NCBI GenBank assembly: GCA_000091205.1 | Contig: AP006496.2 | DNA: 64,000 nt | Direction: 5' to 3' (one strand) | DNA from: Cyanidioschyzon merolae | Lineage: Eukaryota | Notes under the pieces: generated by a model | The model's database searches: none | What the model was told of the DNA's origin: nothing | Seen by the model: only the letters and a program-made list of their open reading frames with translations | Made by a program: the position numbers and the translations under genes | Shown here: positions 12,149 to 28,494 of the stretch, piece after piece | Layout of the letters: every line of letters begins with the position of its first letter | How positions within the stretch are numbered: position 1 is the stretch's first letter

Positions 12149-13136
12149 CCCGCTCTATTGTTCCCTACTTTTAGCCAATTGTGCGCCGTTTGAAGTGCTT
12201 ACACCAACCTGCGAACTACAGCACCAAACTGTGACCGAGTCCACGCGCCTGCACTGAGCTGCACGAAGCTTTGCGCGACTCTGAGCAAGAGCACCAAAAA
12301 GCAAGCAAGTGTGCGACCAGGTCCGTCACGAGAGAAGATTTTCCGACTCGCACCAGTCGCCACAACGATAGAGTCTCCTTTCGACACGCTGCAGCCACCA
12401 CGAGCTCCTACAGTGCACGTCGCGAGTCCCGGACACGTATCCCAGGCTCTGCAAGCCCTATCGCAAGCTGGCTACCAGAAAGCACAACGTATACCGCTGC
12501 AAACAGAGCCACTGGTTCCCGCACACCGATTCTTTTGGATGGCGTCAACCACCACCGGTGAGAGTCTCAGTGCGACTCGCCAGCGATATCCGCGCACAGC
12601 CAAAGCAACGCGCAAAGTTCGGCGGTTCGAGCGGCCGCTCCAACGCAACGCGGCACCCTGCCGGCCAGCTGCGGAGCAGCGTTTGCTGAGGCTTCTGTTG
12701 CCAGCCGCGGTACGTTCGGCTTTAGCTGGGGTTGAATTTTGAGCAGCGTCTGCCACAAGGGTCGCCTCGGGGTCGTATCCGTAGGAGCGCTGCTGCGAAG
12801 CCGCTGTGGCGGCTGTAGGCGGAACATCCGAGGGCGTTTCCCATTGCTGGACCTCTCACGCTGCGATATCCCCCGAGGCAGAGGCTCGTCGGTTCGGCGA
12901 CGGTTAGGGCGCTGCTCCGTCGCGTGTAGGCCGGGCCTTCTAGGCAGCGTGCGCGCTTCGGTTGCAGGACGGTTTCACTCCTGCGCACTTTCTGCCGTTT
13001 CGTGGGCGTGGCACTTTCTTGGAGGCACCTGGTGACGAACGGGGATCCTCTGAGCACCAAGACCGCCTGAGACGTGTGTAGGCGGGACACTGCGCGCCCT
13101 GGGTGCATATTGCCGAACTCACTGCCACAGGGCGGT

Positions 13137-13490
13137 ACGAAGAGTCTCCCGCATGGATAACGTTGAGTCATAGGACGTCGGGGATACGGTGTGTATATCA
13201 CCGGAATTGCTCCCGCCGAGCGGTACGAAGAGTCTCCCGAGTAGACAGCTAAGAGTCATAGGACGTCGGGGACACAGTGTGTATATCACCGAAATTGCTC
13301 CCGTCGAGCGGTACGAAGAGCCTCCCGCATGGATAACGTTGAGTCATAGGACGTCGGGGATACGGTGTGAATATCACCGGAATTGCTCCCGCCGAGCGGT
13401 ACGAAGAGTCTCCCGTGTAGACAGCCAAGAGTCATAGGACGTCGGGGACACAGTGTGTATATCACGGGAATTGCTCCTGCTCACAAACTG
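13137..13490. repeat. 88-bp minisatellite, 4 units of two alternating subtypes (176-bp higher-order repeat x2)
   Basis: Unit 'cggtacgaagagtctcccg...gtcataggacgtcgggga.ac.gtgtgtatatcaccggaattgctcccgccgag' recurs. Confidence 0.85.
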
Positions 13491-14684
13491 CGTATTGCGA
13501 CCTGATCATGCTGGTTTGCGCATATGCTAATACTATTCCTAACGTCTGAACAGAGAAAGCCTCTGCCCGGGGTCGTCCAGAGTCTCATGCGGCGCTGTCG
13601 AATAGTTTGCCGTGGAGTTTATTTACAGTTGGGAGTCGCGGGCGCTCCGACTCGAGCAGCTGCGTTCGCGTCCTTGGATAGCGAAAGCGCTCCATGCTAC
13701 TGGTGTTCGACTCACTCGATCATGTGTGGGCACTGAGGATACAATGTCCGACGACCTCTGACTGGCAAGCACCAGTCATGCGCGCCCTCGGCTTCTAGTT
13801 CCAGACGACAGTCTGCCCGCTGCGGGCATCGACGTGGTGAAGGTAGGCAGCCGGCTCGAGCGATCGTCCATGCTGCCACGGATGCTGTGATCCCTATTTG
13901 GGTTCAATGACTCTACCCCATACACACACGAGTGTCCGCGCGAACGAAGTGCTTCGAGCAGGCCCGGCACAGAGCTCTCGACATGCCGCGCCATTCCCCC
14001 TGGACGAAACCGCTGGGCTGCTTGTTCGGGAATCGACGCTGCAACCACCGGCTGGGTCCACAGGAAGCGCACCGTCCAGGAATACGACTGCGCTGTGCGC
14101 CTGGGACTTGTGCTGACCCGTGTCAGCGCTCACGAAGGAGCGGCTGAGACTCGGACGAGCGCCTTCGCCAGCTCGAGTAGCGTATGCGCTCCAGTGCGCT
14201 GACGTGCTCCAGTGCGCGCTGGCAAGCAGGCATGCTCTATCGTGTTTGGCGAGCATCTGGACGAGCACTGCACCCCAGCTTGGAGACGAGAACGCCTGTC
14301 GCTCCAGAAATTGTCGAATACAGTACCCGAGATGGATCAGCGCGAGGCTTCGAAGAAGACAGACGCCTGGAACAGGCACCCGTCACCACTCGAAGAGGCA
14401 ACACAGATAGCTCAGCGTTTAGGTTTCCGGTCCCGTTCAACTCTGGTCGGGTCTCCCGCGCGGCGGGCACCGCTTAATGCACGTCGCATCAGGGTAGAGC
14501 ACTGCATCCAATGCAGCGCAAAACACGAGGGGAACACATGCCTCAGAGGCATCGAAGACGACAGCGACATGAGCGTAGAACTCGCCGTAGAAAAGGCCTC
14601 TGCACGAGCCCATTGGAAAAGATCCGGCGGAGCTCGGCAACGTGCCCCTAAAATGAACAGCTACCTTGTATCGCGCCTGACCGC

Positions 14685-15473
14685 TCACGGTCGCGCCGCT
14701 CCGACACCGATAACAGGCGCTCCACCCATGACACCAGGCGCCACACCCACGGGTGCTGCCGGCATAGCCGCCGGGCCGTATGTCGTGTGTGTCGCAACAA
14801 CCTTGCCGAGCGTGTCTTCCTCCTTCGGCTCCAGAATAACGATCGAGTCCGGAAGCGGCTTCCGCGGGCCCTGACGGCCTGTCGGATCGTGCGGCAACAT
14901 GATCTTCACCTTGATCCCGAGTACGCCTTGCCGCAAGAGCACGTGCCGCACGGCGCGGTCGATAAAGTCGAGTTTCGGTTGCCCCGTCGAGATCATGTAC
15001 CCGTCCATGAACTTCATGGTCTTTGCCCGCTGCGCCCGGAGCTTCCCGGAGATTTGCACTTCGCAGCCCTTGGCCCCAGACTCCATCACAAAGCGAAGCA
15101 CGCCGTACGCCGCACGTCGCACAGCGAGCCCGCCCAGCAGTTTGTACCGCAGAGACTCGGCCTGTGCCATCGCGCACAGACCTCTGTTCGGCACGCGCTC
15201 GACAAACAGCGACACCTGGTTCTCCGGAAAGCCAAAGCGTTTCTCAACAAGCGCAGTCAGCTCACGAATGCGCCGGCCCTTCTCGCCGAGCACAGTCTGC
15301 GTCCGTGTCGCTCGGATAATGACCTCGTGGCCTCGAGGTGTCACGCGCACCTCAACGCCAGCGTACCCGTCCTCCGCCAGCTCACGCGTGAGCAGCTCAG
15401 ACAGCTCCGCGAAGAAAACGCCGTCCGCAACAAACTTGCGCTTCCAAGAAACCTGTCTACGACCAGCCTCCAT
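14685..15473 (-). CDS. RPS3: 40S ribosomal protein S3 (uS3)
   Basis: ..[72 protein letters not shown]... and ..[24 protein letters not shown].. show the KH domain and uS3 core. ATG at 15471-15473. Confidence 0.93.
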   Translation of the reverse strand: MEAGRRQVSWKRKFVADGVFFAELSELLTRELAEDGYAGVEVRVTPRGHEVIIRATRTQTVLGEKGRRIRELTALVEKRFGFPENQVSLFVERVPNRGLCAMAQAESLRYKLLGGLAVRRAAYGVLRFVMESGAKGCEVQISGKLRAQRAKTMKFMDGYMISTGQPKLDFIDRAVRHVLLRQGVLGIKVKIMLPHDPTGRQGPRKPLPDSIVILEPKEEDTLGKVVATHTTYGPAAMPAAPVGVAPGVMGGAPVIGVGAARP

Positions 15474-15794
15474 GATTAAAGCAGCACCCTCACGCGCTTA
15501 CGCAGAGAACCTCAAAAAAGCACAGGAACGAAGCAAGAGAGCGACAGCGTGCAGGAAGCTACACCCAGCACCACAAGGTCGCACACCGTCTCAGTTGCGC
15601 ACCTACAAGCGCTGATTCGCCAACAAACAAGCAAACCGAGTCTGTCACGACGGTGAGAAGCGCTCAGGTAACGAACTGAGCTTCGTAGAGCCTGTACAGC
15701 GCGGCGCGACGCGGCAGTGCGGCGACGAATGCGTGCGCACGGGATGCGTGCACGCGTGCAGGCCATGCGATGCGGGCAGGCGTTGATGGCATTG

Positions 15795-15870
15795 CCGTGC
15801 CGTGCAGCGCCGTGCCGCGCCGTGCAGCGCCGTGCCGTGCAGCGCCGCGCCGTGCAGCGCCGCGCACGAT
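15795..15870. repeat. GC-rich 10-bp tandem repeat (cgtgcagcgc / cgtgccgcgc)
   Basis: Visible directly in the sequence. Confidence 0.8.
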
Positions 15871-16093
15871 GTCACGTGTGACCTATTGATGCCATTGGGC
15901 AATGCGCTCGAGCATTGACGTCGACGCCTGTATGCCGAAGCCCCTGCGCCTGGAGCGTCCTTGCAGTATAGTCGTGTGGAGTTGCTTTGGCTGGCGTTGC
16001 TATTGTGCGGGACGTGCCTACACTGTGTGTTCCAACAGATATACATTGACAAACGTTGCGACTGTGCGGGGCGTGCTCGTTGTGTAGCGGTCG

Positions 16094-17698
16094 ATGCATC
16101 TCGACGCATCGCAGCTTCGTCATCTCACGGATGGCGAGCTTCGCACTTTAACGGCCGTGGAGCTGGGTATGCGGAACCACGAGCGTGTGCCCGTGGAGCT
16201 TGTTGGAGCGCTCTCGGGAAACCGTGGTGCACGTCGGGCGCTGCAGGTACTCCTTCGGCACAAGCTCGTTCACCACGAGTCGCGTCCGTACGAGTCGTAC
16301 CGGCTGACTCCGCTAGGGTATGACTACTTGGCGCTGCGCGCGCTGCGGGAGCGCTCGAGCGTCTGCTCTGTGGGCGGGCTCATCGGAACGGGCAAGGAGA
16401 GTGACGTGCACGAGGTTCTCGGCGGCGTGGATGGCTCGGAGCTGTTTGTGCTGAAGGTTCACCGTTTGGGCCGGACGAGCTTCCGGCGGGCGCGAACGAA
16501 GCGAGGTTACTGTGAACGGACGCCGTTTGTGCCCGAGGAAGCGACTTCCGACGTTGCAGCGGGGAGCTCAGGACGCTTGTTACCGACTGTGGAGGGTGTA
16601 TCCGAGAGCGAACGCGCAAGCGAGGGCGTCCCCGCAGACCGGCTCGATGGGAATATTGTTAGGTTTACGTCGCAGTCGAGCGACAGACGGGTCGTAGCGA
16701 ACTGGCTGTATCTGAGCCGACTTGCGGCCCAGCGGGAGTACGAAGCTCTAGTGTTTCTGTATGGACAGGGCCTGCCGGTGCCGGAGCCTATCGATGCGAA
16801 TCGCCACTGCGTCGTCCAGCGGCTTGTACAGGGTGCGCTGCCGCTCAGCCACGCTCGATCGCTGCGTGATCCCAGAGCAGTCTTCGAACGAATCTGGGAG
16901 TTTCAGGAGCGCCTGACTGAGCTTGGCCTGGTCCACGGCGACTTGAATGAATTTAACGTCCTGGTCGACTGTGAGACGGAACAGATCACTGTGATCGACT
17001 TTCCGCAAATGGTGCCACTCGGGCATCGAGACGCGCTGGAGATGCTGGAGCGCGATCGGCGCAGCCTAGTCAGCTTCTTTTACAACCGGTTTGGGTTGCC
17101 GCTCTGCATCGAACGCGGCCTACTCGCGGAAGCAAGCTCCGTCAGCGAGCATTTAGTGACCGCGCGCGCTGAGGACGTCACTGATGCTTCGAACGCGACC
17201 TTGAGTCTATGGCGACAAGCGGATTCCGGGGCAGAGGCCGCGTCACGCCCCGACACCGCTGGATCGGACGAGGCCACGATCTGTGGCAAGCAGCTCGCGA
17301 ACGCGGTGTCGCAGCTGGCAAGTCTGGCACACATGAGGACTCTCGGGAATGCGCCTTACATTTCTGAGTGCGCTAGTGCGTCGGTTTGGTCAGGTCTGCG
17401 CGAAGCACGGGACCCAACTCGGTTTAGTGCAGCGAACGGCAGTGCAGACGAGGCGAGCGCCCCCCTGCGAGAGGGCTGGCATGGGCGAGCTGCTTCCGTT
17501 ACAGAGGCTGACGTTGGCGTTGCGAGTGCGCGCTCAGCTGGAGTCGAGCGCAAGTTCGATACTCGCGCCATATCGAGGCAGCTCCAAGCGGAGCATGCAC
17601 GATGCCACCGGAAACTGTTGCTCCGCGAAGCAACGCGACTTGGTAAGGCACACCCCCGAGCTGCGCGGCGCGCGATACCCACCACAGACTGGAGTTGA
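16094..17698 (+). CDS. RIOK2: RIO2 serine/threonine protein kinase
   Basis: The N-terminus MHLDASQLRHLTDGELRTLTAVELGMRNHERVPVELV...LGYDYLALRAL...VGGLIGTGKESDVHEV is colinear with the human RIOK2 winged-helix and RIO domain. ATG at 16094. Confidence 0.88.
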   Translation: MHLDASQLRHLTDGELRTLTAVELGMRNHERVPVELVGALSGNRGARRALQVLLRHKLVHHESRPYESYRLTPLGYDYLALRALRERSSVCSVGGLIGTGKESDVHEVLGGVDGSELFVLKVHRLGRTSFRRARTKRGYCERTPFVPEEATSDVAAGSSGRLLPTVEGVSESERASEGVPADRLDGNIVRFTSQSSDRRVVANWLYLSRLAAQREYEALVFLYGQGLPVPEPIDANRHCVVQRLVQGALPLSHARSLRDPRAVFERIWEFQERLTELGLVHGDLNEFNVLVDCETEQITVIDFPQMVPLGHRDALEMLERDRRSLVSFFYNRFGLPLCIERGLLAEASSVSEHLVTARAEDVTDASNATLSLWRQADSGAEAASRPDTAGSDEATICGKQLANAVSQLASLAHMRTLGNAPYISECASASVWSGLREARDPTRFSAANGSADEASAPLREGWHGRAASVTEADVGVASARSAGVERKFDTRAISRQLQAEHARCHRKLLLREATRLGKAHPRAARRAIPTTDWS

Positions 17699-17857
17699 GG
17701 GGGCCGCCCAGCACGCGGCGCGCCCGACTGTTGCGGACTTGGAGAACTTTTCTCCATGCAAAGTTCAGGTGAACTGCGCGAGCCTGTGAAAGGCTCTCTA
17801 CCGGAAGCAGGACGGTAGCGGATGTACTGGGGATTATTTGCCGCACAGTGTAAGTGG

Positions 17858-21285
<3,428 letters not shown>

Positions 21286-21314
21286 GGCGGTGCTTGCTCA
21301 CAACTGGTGCCGCC
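21286..21314 (+). terminator. Conserved hairpin immediately 3' of the H3 stop codon (8-bp stem ggcggtgc/gtgccgcc, 13-nt loop). Candidate 3'-end processing or termination element.
   Basis: The 35-nt 3' flank 'ggcggtgcttgctcacaactggtgccgccgag' is all that is conserved 3' of the two H3 copies, and it folds as a hairpin. Its function is inferred. Confidence 0.35.
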
Positions 21315-23036
21315 GAGCGGGTGCAGCGTCCTGTGGGTGCCGACGAGCGTCGCGCTCGTTGGCGCTCGCGGCCTCGCCTGCAGTGTGCGAGCACTGCATC
21401 AACTCTCTCCGTAAAGCTTGCGTCGCTCTTGACACGCTACACACCCGAGCGCATATGTGTGACTTTGGAGGCGCCTGGGTCCGCCTGCGGTACTGGTGCG
21501 CGGCTGACGCGCCCGTCGTCTACGTGGAACGCGCCCAGGGGCGTCTATTTGGGCGGACTTGTAAACCTCGACAAGTGTTTATGTTTGTGTAAGCGCACCA
21601 CCGCTGTGTGGTAGGTCACGACTCTGCGCACTCGGCGGCTTGCCTTGCGCTTGTCCACTGATTCGTATCGTAAATGTCGACTGCTATTTGCAATCATTGC
21701 ACTGCAGGAACATCCCTTGGAGTCCCGGACGCTGCACGCGTCTATATGAACCGACATACATTGCGTCTTTTTCACACTTTGCCCGCTAAACAGGCCTGTA
21801 TCCATCTACATCTACGTCCGTGAAGTGCGTCGCTGCCGTGCGTCTGGCAATCCACATAGGAAACGGAGCTTCCGGTGCTTGTACACGGCGAGGCGCTTCA
21901 AAGCGCCCTCTGTCGGAATGGAGGAACGGAAGTACGCGTCTCTGTGCACTCAGTCTTGTGGAAGAGGCTGTCGCTCTGGTCTCTAAAATATCGTGCAAAC
22001 GCAGCTGCCGAGTACCGGTTTCCCGCTGTAGAGCTGTAGTGCGCAAGCACTGCTGCTCGGGGTCGCTGGGCAGGGTGTCGCGGAAGATGCCAGGTGCACC
22101 GGCTTTTGTTCAAGTACAGCGGCAGATTCTCGGAACGAGACACGGGATAAGCGCCTGAGCTCCCTGTTTCACGACGAGCTACGTCTGCGAAACAGCACGC
22201 TCCGGCACCGACGCTCACCGACAGGTCCCATCCCGCACTAGTGACGTCAGCGCTGAATAGTAGCAGGGACATTTTATAGAAATGACAAGCTGCCATACCC
22301 TTTAAAGAGGCAGCGTGCGAAGCAGAATGTCACGTCGTCTCTAGGTTCAAGCGCATCCGCTGCCGCCAGTCTTGATTTGTACTCGGAACGCTGTTCATAC
22401 ACCGCCAGCGCCCGCTGAAATACCCAAGTTGCGGTCACAGAGCACGGGATGGGTGTATGGAAGCAGCGAAGAAGCGTTGGACGGGCCGTGCAGCGCCCGC
22501 CCCCCATCACTGATGCTTCCACTGGTCGTGCGAGCGGGTATCCGCGATGCATCCAGTAGAGGTCGCTACGACATTTCGCGCTCGTGCGCGGGGCAGCCGC
22601 CGTGGCGTGCATGGACCTTGCAGTGTCTGGAACAAAAAAGCGCAAAGGGCGTGTGGAGGTATCTCCTCGAGCGCGGCACCGGCATCGACAGTGGGCTATG
22701 CACTGCAAGTGGGCGGCTTGAACTGTGAGCTGACGCTGCCCCTGTGCAGCCACCATCAGCAGCACCCTCTGATAGGTACCGGGCCTCGGACTGGTACGGG
22801 CAGCAGAGAAGAGTGGACGCTGCAAGCGACGCGGATACCGGTACTCGAACCGGAACCTGCAGCAAAGAACCATGGATGCTGGAAGCGACGCGGATACCGG
22901 TACTCGGACCGGCACGGGCAGCAAAGAACCATGGACGCTGGAAGCGACGCGGATACCGGTACTCGGACTGGTACGGGCAGCCGGCCCGCCAGGAGCGCAC
23001 CCAGCAGTCGAGACATGCACAGGCGACGTAAACGTT

Positions 23037-23393
23037 TTACTGGCTTGAGGTGTATTTGGTGACAGCCTTGGTGCCCTCGGAGACGGCGTGCTTCGCAAGC
23101 TCGCCCGGCAGCAGCAGGCGCACTGCAGTCTGGATCTCCCGCGACGTCAGCGTCTTCGTCTTATTGTACTGCGCAAGCTTGCTCGCCTCCGACGCAATCC
23201 GCTCGAACAGGTCGTTCACAAAAGAGTTCATAATAGACATCGCCTTCGAGCTGATGCCCGTGTCCGGGTGCACCTGCTTCAGAACCTTGTAGATGTAGAT
23301 GCTGTACGTCTCGAGGCGCTTGCGCTTCTTCTTGTCGATACTAGCGGGCGCCTTCGCCACCTTCTTCGCAACAGTCTTCCCTTTCATAGCCAT
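23037..23393 (-). CDS. H2B: Histone H2B (copy 2)
   Basis: The protein is identical to copy 1. Confidence 0.96.
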   Translation of the reverse strand: MAMKGKTVAKKVAKAPASIDKKKRKRLETYSIYIYKVLKQVHPDTGISSKAMSIMNSFVNDLFERIASEASKLAQYNKTKTLTSREIQTAVRLLLPGELAKHAVSEGTKAVTKYTSSQ

Positions 23394-25075
23394 GTCTCGG
23401 GTTCGCAGTCAGACACACTCGAGCGATAGCGCTCACGGTTACAGAGCAACAACAGCTGGGCACGCGCAAACACACGCGGGCAGGGACACAAAGACGCACA
23501 CAGGCCAGGCACTTGTCGAGGCAGACCCGCGTGTACCGTGTAACACAGCGCCAAGGCGGAAGAGCGGGGGCGCGCTGCCTGCCAAGCGCCCAGAGGCACC
23601 TGCGCATCCGGCGCTGCGGATGGCACGCGTACGCACGTTCGGCAAGGGCGGATCGCGATCGGCTGGCGCGCGCGATCTGAGCCGCCGCGATCGGCGGTGC
23701 TCGCGCTGCCGGCGCACATCTCTGGCGCGCGGTGCGGACGCGCAGCGGCGCGATCCGTGCGCACGGAATGTAGCACAGCGATCGCGTGATCGCAAGCGCG
23801 CTTGTCAGCAGATCGAGAGACTCGCGGACCTGCGCGCGTTCAAGAATCAGCTCGTGGTCCCCGGCGGGAGTGTCCGCTTGCCGACAGCCCTTCAGATCGC
23901 TGGACTCGCGGACCTGCGCCGGATGAGGGCACGGTATCGCGTGCCCGAGTGCTCACGAGGCATCGGAGGATCGGGTGCGAAAGCAGTGCCGATCACTGCC
24001 ATTGGCGACCGCGCGACACCGGGTGATCTGCAAGAATGGCTGCGAAGCAAGATCTATCGCCTGCCCGCTCCGTGCTGCGCCATCGTCAATGCCTAAGACT
24101 GAATCATGCGGTCGCCCGATCGCTGACGAAGGCCGACGAATGGCGCAGGGGCGAGTCTCTAGTACCGGAAAACAGCAGAGCTACAGAATCGATTGCGAGG
24201 TCGCCCGATCGCTGACGAAGGACCACGAATGGCGCAGGGGCGAGTCTCTAGTACCGGGAAACAGTAGAGCTGGCCGAATCGATTGCGAGGTCGCCCGATC
24301 GCTGACGAAGGACCACGAATGGCGCAGGGGCGAGTCTCTAGTACCGGGAAACAGTAGAGCTGGCCGAATCGATTGCGAGGTCGCCCGATCGCTGACGAAG
24401 GATGATGTATGGTGAAGGAGCGAGTCTCTAGTACCGGGAAACAGTAGAGCTGGCCGAATCCATTGCGAGGTCGCCCGATCGCTGACGAAGGACCACGAAT
24501 GGCGCAGGGGCGAGTTGCCGGCACCAGCAGCCACGCAGCATCGCACAGTCGATCGGACGATCGAAGACGATGTACGAGGAGTGACGCATCCCAGCGATTC
24601 GCTTGCACGAGCAAAACATAGCGCTGCAGGGTCGTTCGCCAGATCGCCAGATCGTACACGATGTACGAAGACTGAAGCAGGGCAGCGATGCGCGGTGTCG
24701 CCGCGTAGATCGCCCGATCGCCAGATCGCCAGATCGCTCGATCACCCGCTCTGTACCAGGTGCCAGTCCGGTATTCCAGCGCGATGGCGATCCATGATCG
24801 ACACCTGCGCATCGCGCGCAGCCGCCGCGGATCGCGAACAAACGCGTGCCCCTGGCTCCCGCAGCAGACGCCACCACGGTACGGCGCGCCTGTGCCGCTC
24901 GCAACCACTGCTGCAACACTTGGCGTTCTCGTACTCGCGACTGATACCGTGTGACACAGCGCTCTGTGTCGCTCCTGCTCTCGTCTCACTTCTCTGCCGT
25001 CGACGGGTATACCGCTGCGGCTGCTGTTTCTCTCGCGGTCGGTCTCTCGCGTTCTCTCTCGAAGCTTTCAGCACC

Positions 25076-25429
25076 ATGGCGCCCAAGGGCAAGGCAAAGT
25101 CACGCTCCAGCAAAGCAGGTTTGCAGTTTCCGGTGGGGCGCGTCCACCGGTACCTGCGAGACGGCGGGTACGCGGAGCGCATCGGCGCTGGCGCGCCCGT
25201 CTACCTCGCTGCAGTCATGGAGTACCTGACCGCCGAGGTTCTCGAGCTGGCGGGCAACGCTGCGCGCGACAACAAGAAGACGCGCATCATCCCGCGTCAT
25301 ATCCAGCTGGCGATCCGCAACGACGAGGAGCTGAACAAGCTCCTGGCGGACGTGACCATTGCGTCTGGCGGCGTGTTGCCGAATATCCACGCAGTGCTTC
25401 TCCCGAAGAAGAAAGCCAAAGGCGAGTAA
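25076..25429 (+). CDS. H2A: Histone H2A (copy 2)
   Basis: The last 117 aa of ORF 24515-25429 are identical to H2A copy 1. ATG at 25076. Confidence 0.93.
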   Translation: MAPKGKAKSRSSKAGLQFPVGRVHRYLRDGGYAERIGAGAPVYLAAVMEYLTAEVLELAGNAARDNKKTRIIPRHIQLAIRNDEELNKLLADVTIASGGVLPNIHAVLLPKKKAKGE

Positions 25430-25661
25430 ACTGGTGTTCTGCTTAACCCGATTTGTTTCCTGCGTCCAGCGTCCGAGTCCCTGGTCACCGCCGTGCATGT
25501 TCGTCGTCGCGTTTCCCGCTCCGCATCTATCGCACGGTTTGAATCGCTCCAAGTATACGGCCTCAGATTGATACCAAAGAGGATTCGACGGTGTGCGTCT
25601 CCGCCAGCCCTGCGACACGAATGCATCGCATCGAGCAGGGCTCCCAGTTCCAGACGCGCTG

Positions 25662-26660
25662 CTACGTATGCTGTTCATAGACCCGACGAATGACGCCCCT
25701 CCTGATCGCTTCGATAGCCTCCTCGCGGCTGATACCGAGGCCATAATCGCAAAGAGGAACATGCTCCAAACTCAGGATTTGGTATGGGTGGCGTTTCACA
25801 TCGGGGTGCTCGTGTCTCCCGAGAACCTCCCAACCTGCCCACCGTTCGAGTGCCTCGAGCCCAGCCTCGTCCACCCGCTCAGGGGCTGCGGTATCCACAG
25901 CCTCGAGGGCCATCGCCGCAGCTGCTAGGTCTCGGCCTCGGAAATGCAAGCAGCCCACAGTCCCGAAACTCTTCGTCACCGCCGCCCAAGCTCGTGCGTA
26001 CACTCGCTCCCACCATGAGGCTGGGCACTCTCCGATGCAGTCGGATCGCTGCAAAAGGTCGCGTACAGCGCCAAGATACCGATACGCATGATCCATGCGG
26101 AGATCAAAGTGCGTAGCGCGGAGAAGCGCCCGCTCAGCGAACAAGAGCTGCTGTTTCTCCTCCACGAAGCGCTCGGTGCCCTCGTAGACCTCGAGGCCCC
26201 CTGGATGCGTCCTACTGTTCCGCGTGCGCGTCTTCACGCTCAGATAAATCACTTTGCTCAGAGAACAGGGGCACTCCTCCACCTTGGCGGCCAGGAAAAC
26301 CGCCGCGGATGCCATCTGGTATGGGTCGAAAGGCACCGCGGCCGGCGCCGTCCACTCACTGGTACCTCGGCCAGAGCCAGGCTCTAACTCCGCCCTCGTG
26401 ACCGGTACAATGTGATCGCTGTACAAATAGTACCGCATATAGAGCACGTGGGCCGTTGCACGCACGTAGGAACCCAGCCCCAGCTGCTTCGCAACTTCCA
26501 CCAGAAACTGCTGAACTGCAACGTGCACAGCACGGTTCGACGCTAACCCCAGCGGAGACCGTTCAATGACATCCCACTCCAACAGCCAGTCTTCGGGTCT
26601 CGGTTTCGGCGGCAGCCTGTGTCTCTGGATGTAGTCCGCCTCTTCAGTATCAACGTCCAT
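25662..26660 (-). CDS. Cyclin, transcriptional C/K/L/T-type
   Basis: A cyclin-box-like segment is present: ..RATAHVLYMRYYLYSD....DPYQMASAAVFLAAKVEECP.., with a second helical repeat after it. ATG at 26658-26660. Subfamily not resolved. Confidence 0.6.
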   Translation of the reverse strand: MDVDTEEADYIQRHRLPPKPRPEDWLLEWDVIERSPLGLASNRAVHVAVQQFLVEVAKQLGLGSYVRATAHVLYMRYYLYSDHIVPVTRAELEPGSGRGTSEWTAPAAVPFDPYQMASAAVFLAAKVEECPCSLSKVIYLSVKTRTRNSRTHPGGLEVYEGTERFVEEKQQLLFAERALLRATHFDLRMDHAYRYLGAVRDLLQRSDCIGECPASWWERVYARAWAAVTKSFGTVGCLHFRGRDLAAAAMALEAVDTAAPERVDEAGLEALERWAGWEVLGRHEHPDVKRHPYQILSLEHVPLCDYGLGISREEAIEAIRRGVIRRVYEQHT

Positions 26661-27994
26661 AGCGGGAGCTGAAAACGCGCAAACTCCCGGCGACTACCGC
26701 GATCGTTCTCAGTGGAGGGTCTGCTGCACTCGACATGCTCCATTCGGGCAATGCAGTCCATCGTCTTTGATCGATAAAACGTTTCCGTACTGAGCACGGA
26801 GTACAGACTGCTCGCTTGATATCAGCAATCGGAAAAGTATCTATCAGTCTTCATCCTACCTTCAAGTTCTATGACGTATACGTCCCTTCCGAGATCATCA
26901 TCATTTCGTACGTTCTGTCGAGCGCCGAGCCTACCTAGTGCGCCCGCAAGTGCACCTGGCGCATCCCAGCCTACGCGCTAGTCAGAAGCGCAGGCGTCGC
27001 CTCGTCGCCACTAACGGGACGTCGTGAGACGCCTCGTGTAGAAGGCAGAAGGCTGCTGAAGTCGGACTTGAGTCATCGCAGCGATCGCTACCGGTACAGG
27101 GTGCGTCTCCGCTTTACACGAAATGTGGGTAGACGGATCGAAGTTTCCTGACCTGTTCCCCAATCTGAATTTTACGTACGGTACCTGTTTTACCACGGAC
27201 AGCATTGCAATCCATCATTCTTCTCTCGAATCGAGCGCTCTGCGCTTACGCACGCAGCGAATAGAGCACTCGCTGAGAGGATCGCTTAGAAGAAGCCCAC
27301 GATCACTGACTACAGCCCAGAACACCTCAATGCGGAAGGGGGTATCGATTGGAGCCCCCTGTACTCGTCCAGGGCATGATGCGAGCGATGAAACAAGTGT
27401 TCACGCGCTAAAAAGCCCTGCCTTTGTGATGGAGGAGGAGGAGGAGGCGGTGAATTTTGCGCCGTATCGACCGGTGGGAACACCAAACCACAACCAAGTA
27501 TGACTGCTTCGAAGCACACACCGGGCTGTTTACAAGAAAGATGAAAAGCGCGAGCGAAGCGCAGATCACAGAATCCATCCACGCACGAAATGCGTCAATA
27601 ACGCCCGGAAGCAGCGATGTCGGGACGTGAACGCTACCGTCAACATCCCTCGACTGCTGCCAACAGAGCTACATTGAAAGTAGAGACCGCCTTATTTTTC
27701 AGCCGAATAAAAGAGCGTGGAAAATGAAACACTCGTCTTCAAGTCCGCAAAGGATGGTATAGATGAACATAGAAAAAGACCCTAACGTGAGCGTCTACAC
27801 ACCCGAGTTCCTGGATACGTTCTGTTTCATTCCCGCGAGGATGCGCAGACCCCCATACTATGAGTGCTTGTACATCGCCGTTCGCTTGTGAGGCGCCCGG
27901 CACCAGAACTCCGCACCCAGGAGGCGTCGCTCTCTTGTAAACGAACCGCTCATAGCGTCATCGTCCTCGTTGCCACCGTTACACGACGCCATAG

Positions 27995-28465
<471 letters not shown>

Positions 28466-28494
28466 GGCGGTGCTTGCTCACAACTGGTGCCGCC
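28466..28494 (+). terminator. Same conserved 3' hairpin as at 21286-21314
   Basis: Identical 'ggcggtgcttgctcacaactggtgccgcc'. Confidence 0.35.

Larger units (their letters stand above)
22383..25490. repeat. Inverted-duplication block B, arm 2
   Basis: Reverse complement of 3095-6455. It contains H2B (minus), H2A (plus) and both minisatellites. Confidence 0.85.

Noticed and set aside
14212-14874. 220-aa plus-strand ORF
   Set aside because: Its 3' third is antisense to the RPS3 gene. It is Ala/Pro/Gly-rich low-complexity with no homolog resemblance.
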